Below are positions 45,838 through 55,757 of a stretch of 64,000 bases of DNA, piece by piece. A program made the position numbers and the translations under genes. Position 1 is the first letter of the stretch; every line of letters starts with the position of its first letter. Source of the DNA: an uncultured Gammaproteobacteria bacterium (GTDB lineage Bacteria > Patescibacteriota > Patescibacteriia > UBA1558 > GWA2-36-10); NCBI GenBank assembly GCA_964633905.1, contig CAZWIT010000002.1:63209-127208 (forward strand), written 5' to 3'. The notes under the pieces are model-generated. The model made no database searches, was not told the DNA's origin, and saw nothing but the letters and a program-made list of their open reading frames with translations.

Positions 45838-47007
45838 ATGCTGAAGAAAAATTTAAAAGAAGTATTACCGCCTATTGAAACATTTGCTAACATCAAAGTT
45901 GTTGGCGTTGGTGGTTCAGGGGGCTCAGCTGTTGACCGTATGGTAACTGCTCGGATTAGAGGAGTAGAATTTATTACTGTTAACACTGACGCTCAGGCTT
46001 TGCATAGTTCACAGGCTGCTAGCCGTATTCACATTGGTCGCAATACTACTCGCGGTTTAGGAGCAGGCATGGACCCAGAATTAGGCTTAAAAAGTGCCGA
46101 AGAAAACGAACAAGATATTATGTCTGCCTTATCAGGGGCTGATATGGTTTTTATTACTTGCGGTTTAGGAGGTGGCACTGGTACTGGCGCTGCTCCAGTT
46201 ATTGCTGATATTGCTAGAGAATTAGGAGCTTTGACAGTAGCAGTTGTTACTCGTCCTTTTACTTTTGAAGGAGTGCAGCGTCGCGATATTGCCGAACGAG
46301 GCTTAGAAAGATTGCTTGATAAGGTTGATACAATTATTACCATTCCTAATGATAGATTATTGCAAATCATTGATCGAAAAACTTCTTTACTTGATGCTTT
46401 TGCTATTGTCGACGAGGTGTTAAAGCAAGGCGTGCAAGGTATTTCGGAGGTTATTACTGTGCCTGGTTTGGTCAATGTAGACTTTGCCGATGTTAAGGCT
46501 ATTATGAGACAGGCTGGCTCGGCTTTAATGGGTATTGGTAAAGCTACAGGCGAAGATAGAGCTAAAGAAGCAGCCAAAGCGGCTATTGATAGTCCACTGC
46601 TTGAACTTTCTATTAATGGTGCTACTGGTGTTTTATTTACAATTACTGGCAGTTCTAATTTAACTATGTTTGAAGTATCGGAAGCAGCTGAAGTAATAAC
46701 TGCTCATTGCGATCCAGAGGCAAAAATTATTTTTGGAGCCATAATTGACGAGTCTTTAAATGATGAGGTAAAAGTAACCGTAATTGCTACTGGTTTTAAA
46801 AAATCTGCTGAACAGAAAGTAGAAGCTAATCGTCCAGTCGGATCTTTATCAGAGGCATTTACAAAAGCGCCAGAAGAAAAAATTAATCGACGGGCTTTTG
46901 AAAAACAACCAGAGCGCGAAGAAGAGGTGGAATCAGTGCCAAAAAGCAAAGAAGAAGAAGAATTAGATATTCCGGCTTTTTTAAGGAAAAAATTAAGAGA
47001 CCGTTAA
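45838..47007 (+). CDS. ftsZ: Cell division protein FtsZ
   Basis: GGGTGTG, NVDFADV, C-terminal LDIPAFLR. Confidence 0.99.
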   Translation: MLKKNLKEVLPPIETFANIKVVGVGGSGGSAVDRMVTARIRGVEFITVNTDAQALHSSQAASRIHIGRNTTRGLGAGMDPELGLKSAEENEQDIMSALSGADMVFITCGLGGGTGTGAAPVIADIARELGALTVAVVTRPFTFEGVQRRDIAERGLERLLDKVDTIITIPNDRLLQIIDRKTSLLDAFAIVDEVLKQGVQGISEVITVPGLVNVDFADVKAIMRQAGSALMGIGKATGEDRAKEAAKAAIDSPLLELSINGATGVLFTITGSSNLTMFEVSEAAEVITAHCDPEAKIIFGAIIDESLNDEVKVTVIATGFKKSAEQKVEANRPVGSLSEAFTKAPEEKINRRAFEKQPEREEEVESVPKSKEEEELDIPAFLRKKLRDR

Positions 47008-47046
47008 CACTAAGTTTTAAAAATTAACATAATAATTTTTAAAAGG

Positions 47047-47553
47047 ATGAATTGCCCAGTTTGTAATAAATTGGATACCAAGGTAGTAGACTCTCGCTTA
47101 AGTGGCGAGGGTTTTAGCATTAGACGTAGGCGTTTATGCGAATCGTGTCATTATCGTTTTTCCACTTTAGAAGAAATAGAAATTTTAGATTTGATTGTTA
47201 TTAAGCGTGATGGTCGCAGAGAAAATTATAATCGAGAAAAATTAAGTCGTGGTATTCGCACTTCTCTGGAAAAAAGGCCATATTTGGAAGAAGATTTTCA
47301 GCGTTTGATCAGAGAAATAGGTCGCGATGTGCAAAAGGCAGCTGGCTCGGAAGTGCGTTCGCAGCTTATTGGTGAAATTGTGATGAAACGTTTAAAAACT
47401 TTTGATCAAGTGGCTTATATCCGCTATGCTTCGGTATATCGCTCGTTTAAGGATGTCAAAACCTTTCAAGCAGAACTAAATCGTCTGTTGAAACAAAATA
47501 CTAATTCTAAGCGTATTAATATAAGTAAACAAAAATATGGAAGCAGAAAATAA
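47047..47553 (+). CDS. nrdR: Transcriptional repressor NrdR
   Basis: CPVC..VVDSR, RRRRLC, ATP-cone, VAYIRYASVY. Confidence 0.97.
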   Translation: MNCPVCNKLDTKVVDSRLSGEGFSIRRRRLCESCHYRFSTLEEIEILDLIVIKRDGRRENYNREKLSRGIRTSLEKRPYLEEDFQRLIREIGRDVQKAAGSEVRSQLIGEIVMKRLKTFDQVAYIRYASVYRSFKDVKTFQAELNRLLKQNTNSKRINISKQKYGSRK

Positions 47554-47884
47554 TGCTAGTGATAATGCTACTAAAGAAAAAATAAATAATAGTCAGCAAT
47601 TGTTAGAAAGTCTAGATAGGCGTTTACATAAAATTGAGCGTAAGATGAAGATAGACTCAATTTTAGGAATTATTAAGTGGGTGATAATTGTAGTGCCAAT
47701 TGTGTTCGGAGTGATTTATCTTTCGCCGATAGTAAAACAATATTCCGTTTATTTAGAACCAGCTTTAAAATTATTACATTTAAATACCAGCCAAGAAGGT
47801 GCTCAGCTCTTAACTGATGAGCAGAAAGCCTTAATCTGTGATCCTAAACAGAGAGCAGTCTTGGTTAATCAAATTTGTAAATAA
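47537..47884 (+). CDS. Hypothetical single-TM protein
   Basis: Coiled-coil N-terminus, one TM, two C-terminal Cys; overlaps the nrdR stop. Confidence 0.7.
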   Translation: MEAENNASDNATKEKINNSQQLLESLDRRLHKIERKMKIDSILGIIKWVIIVVPIVFGVIYLSPIVKQYSVYLEPALKLLHLNTSQEGAQLLTDEQKALICDPKQRAVLVNQICK

Positions 47885-47898
47885 TCAAAACTAATTAT

Positions 47899-49101
47899 AT
47901 GAAAAAATCTTTTGATACTTTGCTAATTATTATTGTTAGCACGATTTTTGGCGGTTTATTTGGCTCTTATTTAGTAATTAACCAAATGGGTAATTTAGCT
48001 TGGTTACAGAATGGTAAGTCTCCGCAAAACATTATAAAAAAAGAAGTGGTGCAAGGCACAGAGCAGTCAGCTGTAATTGATGTAGCAAAACAAGTGTCGC
48101 CCTCAGTTGTTTCCGTGGTTATCAAAAAAGATGTGAGCCGTAATTATCAGACTGATCCTTTTTCGGATTTTTTTAATAATTGGCCTTTTTATCAAGCCCC
48201 ATCAGAAATTCCTAAAAATAATGAGCCTGATTATCAAAAAGTTGGTGGTGGTAGTGGCTTTATAATTTCAGGCGATGGCTTGATTTTGACTAATAAACAT
48301 GTGGTGGCTGATACGCAGGCCCAGTATGTAGTTGTTTTGAATGACGGTAAAGAATATGAGGCTAAAGTGGTAGGCACAGATATTTTTAATGATATTGGTG
48401 TTTTAAAAATTGATGCTAAAGATTTGCCAGTAGTTAATTTAGGTGATTCGGATAAATTGGTTAATGGACAGACAGTCATAGCCATTGGTAATGCTTTAGC
48501 TGAGTTTAGTAATACAGTTACAGTAGGAGTGGTTTCTGGTATTGGTAGAAATATTGTAGCTGGTAATGGTAGTGGTAGTTCTGAAAAACTAGAAGATGTT
48601 ATTCAAACCGATGCTGCTATTAATCCTGGTAATTCTGGCGGACCATTGCTGAATATTTTTGGGGAAGTAATCGGTATTAATACGGCGGTTTCTAGTCAAG
48701 GGCAATTGATTGGCTTTGCTATTCCGATTAATTCAGCTAAACAGGTTATTGATAGCGTTAAAATTAACGGTGAAATTGTCAGGCCTTATCTAGGTGTGCG
48801 TTATCAAATGATAAATGATAGTATTAAACAAGCAAAAAAATTAACTTTAGATAATGGTGCTTTGCTGGTATCTGGTAACAAGGCGGGTGAGGCAGCAATA
48901 GTTTCTAATTCGCCAGCCGATAAGGCGGGATTAAAAGAAAATGATATTATTACAGAAGTTAATGGTAAGGCTTTAACATCAGATTATGATTTAGCTAAAG
49001 CTATTTCGAATTTTAAACCAGGGGATGTTGTAAATATAAAAGTTTGGTCAAATAATCAAACTAAAGAGCTAAAAGTAACTCTAGAAAAATTTAAGAATTA
49101 G
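47899..49101 (+). CDS. htrA: HtrA/DegP-family serine protease with PDZ domain
   Basis: GSGFI, TNKHV, TDAAINPGNSGGPL, C-terminal PDZ. Confidence 0.95.
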   Translation: MKKSFDTLLIIIVSTIFGGLFGSYLVINQMGNLAWLQNGKSPQNIIKKEVVQGTEQSAVIDVAKQVSPSVVSVVIKKDVSRNYQTDPFSDFFNNWPFYQAPSEIPKNNEPDYQKVGGGSGFIISGDGLILTNKHVVADTQAQYVVVLNDGKEYEAKVVGTDIFNDIGVLKIDAKDLPVVNLGDSDKLVNGQTVIAIGNALAEFSNTVTVGVVSGIGRNIVAGNGSGSSEKLEDVIQTDAAINPGNSGGPLLNIFGEVIGINTAVSSQGQLIGFAIPINSAKQVIDSVKINGEIVRPYLGVRYQMINDSIKQAKKLTLDNGALLVSGNKAGEAAIVSNSPADKAGLKENDIITEVNGKALTSDYDLAKAISNFKPGDVVNIKVWSNNQTKELKVTLEKFKN

Positions 49102-49112
49102 ACAGTAAAAAA

Positions 49113-50195
49113 GTGGAAGAATTAATCAGTCAAATTAAAGAGTTGTGCCGTCAAGTTGATAAGGTTTTAGGATCGGCTGATTTTGATAAAAAAATAAAAC
49201 AACAGGCTTTATACCAAAAGCAAATGCTGGCTAGTGATTTTTGGTCGCAAGCCCAAGCACAGGACATTAGTCGTCAGGCGGGTGGCTTAGAACAATTTAT
49301 TAATAACTGGCAAAACTTAAAAAAATCGCTTGATGAATTATTGCACTTTGCTCAAGATGAACAGGCTAGTTCAATGCAGGCTGAAATTATTGAAAATTAT
49401 CAAGCCTTATTAAAAAAATATAATCACTTAAGCACCAGTTTATTTTTATCAGGTGCACATGATCAGGAGCCGGCTATTATTACAATCATGGCTGGGGCTG
49501 GTGGTGTTGATGCTCAGGATTGGGCAGAAATGTTGGAACGCATGTATTTACGTTTTGCTGAGCAAAATGGTTATGCAATTAAATATTTAAATCGCTCAGT
49601 TGGCAATGAAGCCGGTTTAAAAAGTACTACTTTTAAAGTTAGTGGTGATTATTCTTTTGGGTATTTAAAAAATGAAGCTGGGGTGCACCGCTTAGTAAGA
49701 CTTTCTGACTATGATGCTGATCACGCACGCCACACTTCTTTTGCCATGGTAGAAGTTTTGCCGGAGATCCCTTTAAACAAGGTGCATTTAAACGAAGCAG
49801 ATTTAAAAATTGAGACTTATCGCGCTTCTGGTCACGGGGGTCAATCAGTTAATACCACTGATTCAGCTGTGCGTATTACCCACTTACCAACAGGTCTGAT
49901 TGCTACTTGTCAGAATGAACGTTCGCAATTACAAAATAAAAATCAAGCTCTAAGCTATTTAGCCAGTAAACTGCAACAGTGGCAGGAACTAAAAAGAGAA
50001 GAAGATCGTAAGGCCTTAAAAGGTGAGTATACTGAAGCTGCCTGGGGCAATCAAATTCGTTCATATGTTTTGCATCCTTATAAATTAGTCAAAGATCATC
50101 GAACAGATTTAGAGTCAACTGACCCTAATCGAGTCTTAGCGGGAGACTTATGGCCTTTTATTGAAGCTAAATTAAAAAAACTAGCTAGTAAGTAA
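49113..50195 (+). CDS. prfB: Peptide chain release factor 2 (no frameshift; SPF motif replaced by SDY)
   Basis: GAGGVDAQDW, GVHRLVR, RHTSF, GGQ, WGNQIRSYV; single continuous ORF from GTG. Confidence 0.95.
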   Translation: MEELISQIKELCRQVDKVLGSADFDKKIKQQALYQKQMLASDFWSQAQAQDISRQAGGLEQFINNWQNLKKSLDELLHFAQDEQASSMQAEIIENYQALLKKYNHLSTSLFLSGAHDQEPAIITIMAGAGGVDAQDWAEMLERMYLRFAEQNGYAIKYLNRSVGNEAGLKSTTFKVSGDYSFGYLKNEAGVHRLVRLSDYDADHARHTSFAMVEVLPEIPLNKVHLNEADLKIETYRASGHGGQSVNTTDSAVRITHLPTGLIATCQNERSQLQNKNQALSYLASKLQQWQELKREEDRKALKGEYTEAAWGNQIRSYVLHPYKLVKDHRTDLESTDPNRVLAGDLWPFIEAKLKKLASK

Positions 50196-50252
50196 TTTCT
50201 AGCTTTTGTTTTTTTATGCTATAATAATAGTAGTAAAAATTATTAAGGCCTT

Positions 50253-51725
50253 ATGTTTGACCATTTAGGTCCAATGCCAAAAATTAGTTTTCGGAAAAAG
50301 CCAATAAATTATCAGGCTTATTTTACTTTTCTATTAATGGCTATTATCGTCTTTACTCTTAGCTGGTCAATACAAAGTGGATCCAATATTGCCGCTGCGC
50401 CAGTAGATCAGCCACAAGTATTAGTAAGTACAGAGGCGCTTGATCAAAATATAGTTTTAGGTAGTACTAATTTGTCTATCTTTTCGATGCAAATAGAAAC
50501 TAAGCTAGCTGGAGTGGCTTTAAAATCTTTAAATATTCAAGCACAGGGTATATACAAGGCAGAATTTCTAGAAGATTTAAAATTGTCGCATAATGGTATG
50601 CAGTTAGGGCAATTGTCAGATATAGATGATCAAGGTATTTTACATTTTGATTTGGATGGCTATGTTTTGCCACTAGGTAAAAATGAATTACGATTGACAG
50701 TTAAAAATAGTGATAATTTAGAAGTTGGTGATATTTTAAATTTTAATTTAACAGATGCTAGTAGTTTAGTTTGGTCCTATGAAGGAAAAGAATATTTAGC
50801 TAGAGGCGCTTGGCCTATTTCTGGTGGCACAATAAATATTATACCCCAAGGTAGCTTGTGGGCATATCAAGGTTTAAATAAAAAAGAATTAGCAGTTGTG
50901 GCTAAGCAAAATAATAATTTAGCTGAGTTTAGTCTAGCAGTGGATGGCGAAAGAGTTGATTTGGATAAATTAACTTTTCGATACAAGACTTCTAACAATG
51001 AAGACATAGCTAGTGATTTTATTTTATTATCTCAAGGTTTAGTCCTAGCTAAGGCCCAAGCACAAGATGATTTAATAGAATTTAATTTAAATAAACCTTT
51101 ATCTTTAGCTATTAATCAGGCCTTGCCTTTTGTTTTGGCTGCTAAGTTAGGATTAGGTGATTACGAGCTAGAGCTAGAGTCTGTTCAAGGTCACGGTTTA
51201 GTTTCTGGTAAAATTATTAATTTATCTGAAAAATTGACCTTAGCTAAAGTTATCTCTAAAGAGCAGCTACTTCAATTTAGTAATTTAGCAATTGATAAAA
51301 ATATTAATCAAGATTGGCTAACAGCTGCTAATATTTCTGTCAAAAAATTAAATTCAGAAGCAGCAGTGTTACACCGTTTGACTTGGCGCTTGGATAGTAA
51401 TTTAGTGGATATCAAGGCTGCTAAAATTTTGGTTAATGATAAAGTAAAAAATTTAGATTTAGTTATAAAAGAAGATAAATTGATTGCCAAGGCTGCCTGG
51501 TCAGATCCTATTGTTTTATCAGAATTTAACACTAATATAAAATTATTGTTACAAATCGATAAATTTCAAGAAGGCTCTTTTATCCAGACTAGCTTATTAA
51601 GTGATGGTCAGGCCTATCAAGCTGATCAGTGGTCTGATAATTTACTATGGTCAGTAAATGGGCAAAAATATAATGCTTATGCTTTGCCCAGTTTGCCTTT
51701 AGAGCCACAATTAATTAGCAACTAG
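50253..51725 (+). CDS. Hypothetical membrane-anchored extracellular beta-rich protein
   Basis: N-terminal TM followed by about three beta-strand-patterned repeats; family not recognised. Confidence 0.75.
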   Translation: MFDHLGPMPKISFRKKPINYQAYFTFLLMAIIVFTLSWSIQSGSNIAAAPVDQPQVLVSTEALDQNIVLGSTNLSIFSMQIETKLAGVALKSLNIQAQGIYKAEFLEDLKLSHNGMQLGQLSDIDDQGILHFDLDGYVLPLGKNELRLTVKNSDNLEVGDILNFNLTDASSLVWSYEGKEYLARGAWPISGGTINIIPQGSLWAYQGLNKKELAVVAKQNNNLAEFSLAVDGERVDLDKLTFRYKTSNNEDIASDFILLSQGLVLAKAQAQDDLIEFNLNKPLSLAINQALPFVLAAKLGLGDYELELESVQGHGLVSGKIINLSEKLTLAKVISKEQLLQFSNLAIDKNINQDWLTAANISVKKLNSEAAVLHRLTWRLDSNLVDIKAAKILVNDKVKNLDLVIKEDKLIAKAAWSDPIVLSEFNTNIKLLLQIDKFQEGSFIQTSLLSDGQAYQADQWSDNLLWSVNGQKYNAYALPSLPLEPQLISN

Positions 51726-51781
51726 ACAAAAGATAGGTTTTGCGCTTAAATATAAGCAAGAATAAATAAAGCGATTTTGGG

Positions 51782-53233
51782 ATGACTAAAAGCAAATTTG
51801 GTTTGCTGCTTAGCTGTATTTTTTTAAGCGCGAATTTACTAAGTATTTTATATTTAGTTAATATTAAGCTAAATTGGTTTTATTTTTATGTAGCTTTAGT
51901 GGCTATTTTTATTTTGTCTTTTAAATGGCGTTACTTCTGTTTAGGGCTAGTATTTTTATTAGCAGTCATCAGAGTTTATGATTTTAAACAAACAGAAAGA
52001 TATGTGCAGGCTAATTTTATTTATGGAAATAGCTATCAATTTAGAGGTGAAATAGTTGATTTAGATCAAAAAATAAATGGCTGGCAGTTAGTTGTTAAAG
52101 CAAATGATTTAGAAAATTTTAAAGGCAAGATTTTAGTTTACGCTCCCTTGTATCCGGAGTATTCTTTATTTGATAATCTAGAGCTTAGTTGCAAACTATT
52201 TAAGCCAGAGCCTTTTACTAGTGAACTTACGGGCAGGGATTTTGCTTATGATAAATATTTAGCAAAAGATAATATTTTTGCTATTTGTCCACAGCCGAAA
52301 TTAAAAAAACTTAATACTAGTAATATTTGGTGGCAGCAAGTATCTAAAAGTAAACAGCATTTTTTAAATAATTTGAACATTGCTTTGCCCGAGCCGGCGG
52401 CTGCTTTTACTAAAGCAATTATCTTAGATTCGCGGCGAGAGTTGCCAACTGAAATTAATCCTAGCTTTAGCCATACAGGCCTTACACACGTCATTTCTAT
52501 TTCTGGTTTGCACATGGTGGTAATAATTTGGTTTTGGCAAACTTTTTTGCAACTACTTGGTTTAAAGCGCCAACACATCTTTTGGGTTTTAGTTTTGAGT
52601 TTATTTCTTTATTTATATTTATTAAATTTTATTAGCCCAGCCTTACGCTCAACTGCTATGATTTTGCTAGTGTTACTAGGACCTCTAATAGGACGGCCAG
52701 CAATATCAGGCTATAGTTTATTATTTTTAGCAGATATTTTAGTTTTACTTAATCCTTATATTTTAGCTTATGATTTAGGCTTTCAATTGTCTTTTTCAGC
52801 AACCCTAGGTTTAATATTTTATACAAATTGGTGGCAAGCAAAGTTAGCAAAAGTTAGCAATTTTTTAAAGATTAGAGAAGTGCTAGCCGTGACTCTGGCA
52901 GCTCAAACTTTTACTTGGCCACTAGTTATGTATTATTTTGGCATTTTTTCTATAGTAGCGCCTGTAGCTAATTTTTTAGTTTTACCAATATTCCCGCCAA
53001 TTTTAATTTTAGGAATTTTAATGGCGATTTTTGGGGGTAGCTTAGCTTATATTTTAAGTTGGCCCTTGCTTCTTTTAATCAAGATAATGTTTTATTTAGT
53101 GGATTATTTAGGTGGGCTACCCTATGCCTATTTTATACAAACTAATTTTTCTTTAATATTTTTAGTTGTTAGTTTGCTTTTAATGTTTTTGCTTACTATA
53201 ATTATTAAGCCTTATGTCAAACAAACAGATTAA
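51782..53233 (+). CDS. comEC: ComEC/Rec2 competence protein, membrane part
   Basis: GLTHVISISGLH, LRS, GFQLSF, multiple TMs and an OB-like loop. Confidence 0.93.
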   Translation: MTKSKFGLLLSCIFLSANLLSILYLVNIKLNWFYFYVALVAIFILSFKWRYFCLGLVFLLAVIRVYDFKQTERYVQANFIYGNSYQFRGEIVDLDQKINGWQLVVKANDLENFKGKILVYAPLYPEYSLFDNLELSCKLFKPEPFTSELTGRDFAYDKYLAKDNIFAICPQPKLKKLNTSNIWWQQVSKSKQHFLNNLNIALPEPAAAFTKAIILDSRRELPTEINPSFSHTGLTHVISISGLHMVVIIWFWQTFLQLLGLKRQHIFWVLVLSLFLYLYLLNFISPALRSTAMILLVLLGPLIGRPAISGYSLLFLADILVLLNPYILAYDLGFQLSFSATLGLIFYTNWWQAKLAKVSNFLKIREVLAVTLAAQTFTWPLVMYYFGIFSIVAPVANFLVLPIFPPILILGILMAIFGGSLAYILSWPLLLLIKIMFYLVDYLGGLPYAYFIQTNFSLIFLVVSLLLMFLLTIIIKPYVKQTD

Positions 53234-54053
53234 AATTTATTTGAGTCTAGCACTTTTGCTCTTAAGTTATTTATGGTGGCAGTTAGGCGATCAGGCAAAA
53301 TATTTACAGGTAAATTTTTTGGATGTTGGTCAAGGAGATGCTACTTTGATTACAGCTCCTAGTGGCGAAGTGATATTAGTTGATGGCGGTCCGAATAATA
53401 AACTACTTTCTCAAATTTCAAAATTTTTACCCTGGTGGGAACGAAGCATTGATTATGTAGTTATTTCTCATTGGGATGATGATCATTATATCGGCTTGAT
53501 TCAGGTTCTAAAAAAGTATGAAGTAAAAAATATTTTAGTTTCTTATTTGCCAGATATAGCGAGTCCTGCTTATCGGGCTTGGCAAGAGGCTTTAGCAAAA
53601 GAAGGTATTAGCCCCAAAATATTAAAAGCAGGGGAAACTTGGCAGTGTGCAAATAATCTATCTTGGCAAGTAGTATCAGCTAGTGATGATAAAAATTTAG
53701 AAGATAATGATAAATCTTTAGTTTTACGTTTAAGTTATGGACAAACAGATTTTCTGTTAACTGGTGATTTGCCAACTGAACAAGAAGAGTTGTTATTAAA
53801 AAAGAATATAAATTTAGAGAGTGAAGTTTTAAAAGTCGGCCATCATGGTAGTAAATATTCTTCTGACCAGGAATTTTTGAGTGTGGTTGAGCCTAAGGCT
53901 TGTATTATTTCAGCAAGTCAGGATAATAAATTTGGCCACCCGCATTCAGAAACTTTAGAGCGCCTAGCTAAGATAAAATGTAATATTTACGAAACTAGTA
54001 AACTAGGCAACATTAGTATTTTGAGCAATGGTCAGGATTGGTGGTTAAAATAA
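53214..54053 (+). CDS. ComEC-associated MBL-fold metallo-hydrolase (split ComEC C-terminal domain)
   Basis: LDVGQGDA, VDGG, SHWDDDH, LTGD, KVGHHGS, FGHPH. Confidence 0.92.
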   Translation: MSNKQIKIYLSLALLLLSYLWWQLGDQAKYLQVNFLDVGQGDATLITAPSGEVILVDGGPNNKLLSQISKFLPWWERSIDYVVISHWDDDHYIGLIQVLKKYEVKNILVSYLPDIASPAYRAWQEALAKEGISPKILKAGETWQCANNLSWQVVSASDDKNLEDNDKSLVLRLSYGQTDFLLTGDLPTEQEELLLKKNINLESEVLKVGHHGSKYSSDQEFLSVVEPKACIISASQDNKFGHPHSETLERLAKIKCNIYETSKLGNISILSNGQDWWLK

Positions 54054-54179
54054 CTGTTTTAAGCTTGTGGATAACTTTACTGCTTATTAGTATGATTAAG
54101 TAAACCATTTTTTATTTTCTTGCCATTTTTTTGGCTTTATTCTATAATAAAGGCAGTAAAAATATTAATTTTTTTAATT

Positions 54180-54569
54180 ATGGCAGACGCACAATTTAAA
54201 ATACTTTTGATCGAAGATGAGGAAATGTTGGCTAATATGTATGAGGTCAAGTTTAAGAACGAGGGCTATGATTTAATAAAGGCTTTAGATGGCTCCCAAG
54301 GCTTGGAGCTTGCTAAAACTATTAAACCAAACTTTATTCTTTTGGACATTATCATGCCCAAGATGGATGGTTTTTCAGTGCTCAAATCTTTAAAAGAAGA
54401 TCCTACTACCAAAGATATACCTGTAATGTTGCTTACCAACTTAGGTCAAGACGAAGACGTTAAGCGCGGCAACGAGCTAGGAGCAGTTGGCTATTTGGTC
54501 AAGGCAAATATTACACCTTCGGAAGTTGTGACTGCTGTTAAAAAAGCAGTTGATAATTTGAAAAAATAA
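54180..54569 (+). CDS. Single-domain response regulator (receiver only)
   Basis: LIEDE, LLDIIMPKMDG, LTN, YLVK; start at ATG 54180. Confidence 0.93.
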   Translation: MADAQFKILLIEDEEMLANMYEVKFKNEGYDLIKALDGSQGLELAKTIKPNFILLDIIMPKMDGFSVLKSLKEDPTTKDIPVMLLTNLGQDEDVKRGNELGAVGYLVKANITPSEVVTAVKKAVDNLKK

Positions 54570-54651
54570 TTTAAGTAAATAATTTGTTTTTAAATTTACC
54601 CTAGCTTATTTTTAAGAGCAGGGTAATTTAATCTAAGTTAAATTAAATTTT

Positions 54652-55164
54652 ATGCAACAACACATTGAAAGAACATTAGTACTACTCAAGCCGGATGCTA
54701 TTAATCGTGGTTTGATTGGCGAAATATTGCATCGTTTTGAGCGTACTGGTTTAAAAATTATTGGTTTGAAAATGGTTTGGTCAGATCAAGATACAGCTGC
54801 CAAACATTACACTGAAGATTTGGCTAAAAGACGCGGAGAAAAAGTAAGGGATCTGATGATTAATATGATTACCTCTGGTCCAATTGTTGCTATTGCTATT
54901 GAAGGCGTTGAAGCTGTTGAGGTAGTACGTAAAATGGTTGGTGATACTGAGCCCAAAAAAGCAGCCCCTGGAACTATTCGTGGGGATTATGCGCATGTGT
55001 CTTATGGTTATGCTGATAAAAATGAAATTGCCGTGTTTAATTTAATTCATGCTTCTTCTAATGCTGAAGAAGGTGTTCAAGAAATAAATGTCTGGTTTAA
55101 CGATTTTGAGCTCCAAGATTTTCGTCCCGATTATATTAAACATACTATTGCTCGTAAAGAGTAA
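54652..55164 (+). CDS. ndk: Nucleoside diphosphate kinase
   Basis: ERTLVLLKPD, PGTIRGD, NLIHAS. Confidence 0.96.
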   Translation: MQQHIERTLVLLKPDAINRGLIGEILHRFERTGLKIIGLKMVWSDQDTAAKHYTEDLAKRRGEKVRDLMINMITSGPIVAIAIEGVEAVEVVRKMVGDTEPKKAAPGTIRGDYAHVSYGYADKNEIAVFNLIHASSNAEEGVQEINVWFNDFELQDFRPDYIKHTIARKE

Positions 55165-55176
55165 AATAATAATTTT

Positions 55177-55209
55177 AATCCAGCTCCTTAGCTAAGGAGC
55201 TGGATTTTT
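55177..55209 (+). terminator. Rho-independent terminator after ndk
   Basis: Palindrome AATCCAGCTCCTTAG/CTAAGGAGCTGGATT followed by a T-run. Confidence 0.85.
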
Positions 55210-55267
55210 ATACGGCTTCAATATTTTATGCAAAAAAAGGCATTATACGGTGGAGCTTAATTGAAAT

Positions 55268-55296
55268 TTGTTAGTCATTTTAGAATATGCTATACT
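55268..55296 (+). promoter_or_regulatory. Sigma70-type promoter
   Basis: TTGTTA-N17-TATACT with TG extended -10. Confidence 0.55.
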
Positions 55297-55302
55297 CAAA
55301 AT

Positions 55303-55550
55303 AGGCTAGAGTTTTTTGGATAATATTTATAACTCTACAAACTAACTCCTTGGGAGACTAATATCAGTTTAGAGCCGTGGCTTTAACTTGCGGTCACCCA
55401 CCTTTTTAAAGGAGTTAATTATTATCTAAATACTAGCCGCAGTCGTCACTAAAGTAGGACACTAATTATTAATACGTGCACTATGTCAGATGACTTAGCA
55501 AAAGGCGTCTAGCCTGTAGTAAGATACGGCCAAGACGTCTTTTGTTTTTT
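55303..55550 (+). ncRNA. Candidate structured ncRNA (~250 nt), unclassified
   Basis: Promoter upstream; nested helices GGCTAG/CTAGCC, TTTGGATAATA/TATTATCTAAA, TAACTCCTT/AAGGAGTTA; second hairpin; terminator; no ORF in the track. Confidence 0.5.
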
Positions 55551-55609
55551 ACTAAATTTGTTTTTTTAGATATAATATAAGTATTGATTATTTAAAGATG
55601 TATAATTTT

Positions 55610-55753
55610 ATGGTAAAAGAAGAAGCGGAAAAATTAATTGAAAAAGCTAAAAAAGAAGAATTAAATCCCGAAGAAAAATTGGTCTTACTTAAGTATATAA
55701 ATAGTTTAGTCGGTGATTTAAAACAAGATATTGATAATTTAAATAATAATTAA
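55610..55753 (+). CDS. Small hypothetical protein (47 aa), absent from the ORF track
   Basis: MVKEEAEKLIEKAKKEELNPEEKLVLLKYINSLVGDLKQDIDNLNNN*; helical Lys/Glu composition; stop 4 nt before the next ATG. Confidence 0.6.
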   Translation: MVKEEAEKLIEKAKKEELNPEEKLVLLKYINSLVGDLKQDIDNLNNN

Positions 55754-55757
55754 AAAT

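Noticed and set aside
46029-46577. 182-aa antisense ORF in ftsZ and the other short overlapping ORFs (e.g. 323-580, 6431-6832, 44519-44914)
   Set aside because: Shadow frames of well-supported genes, with no independent signals
49160-49195. Programmed +1 frameshift in prfB
   Set aside because: The ORF is continuous (GCT GAT TTT GAT); there is no in-frame CTT-TGA
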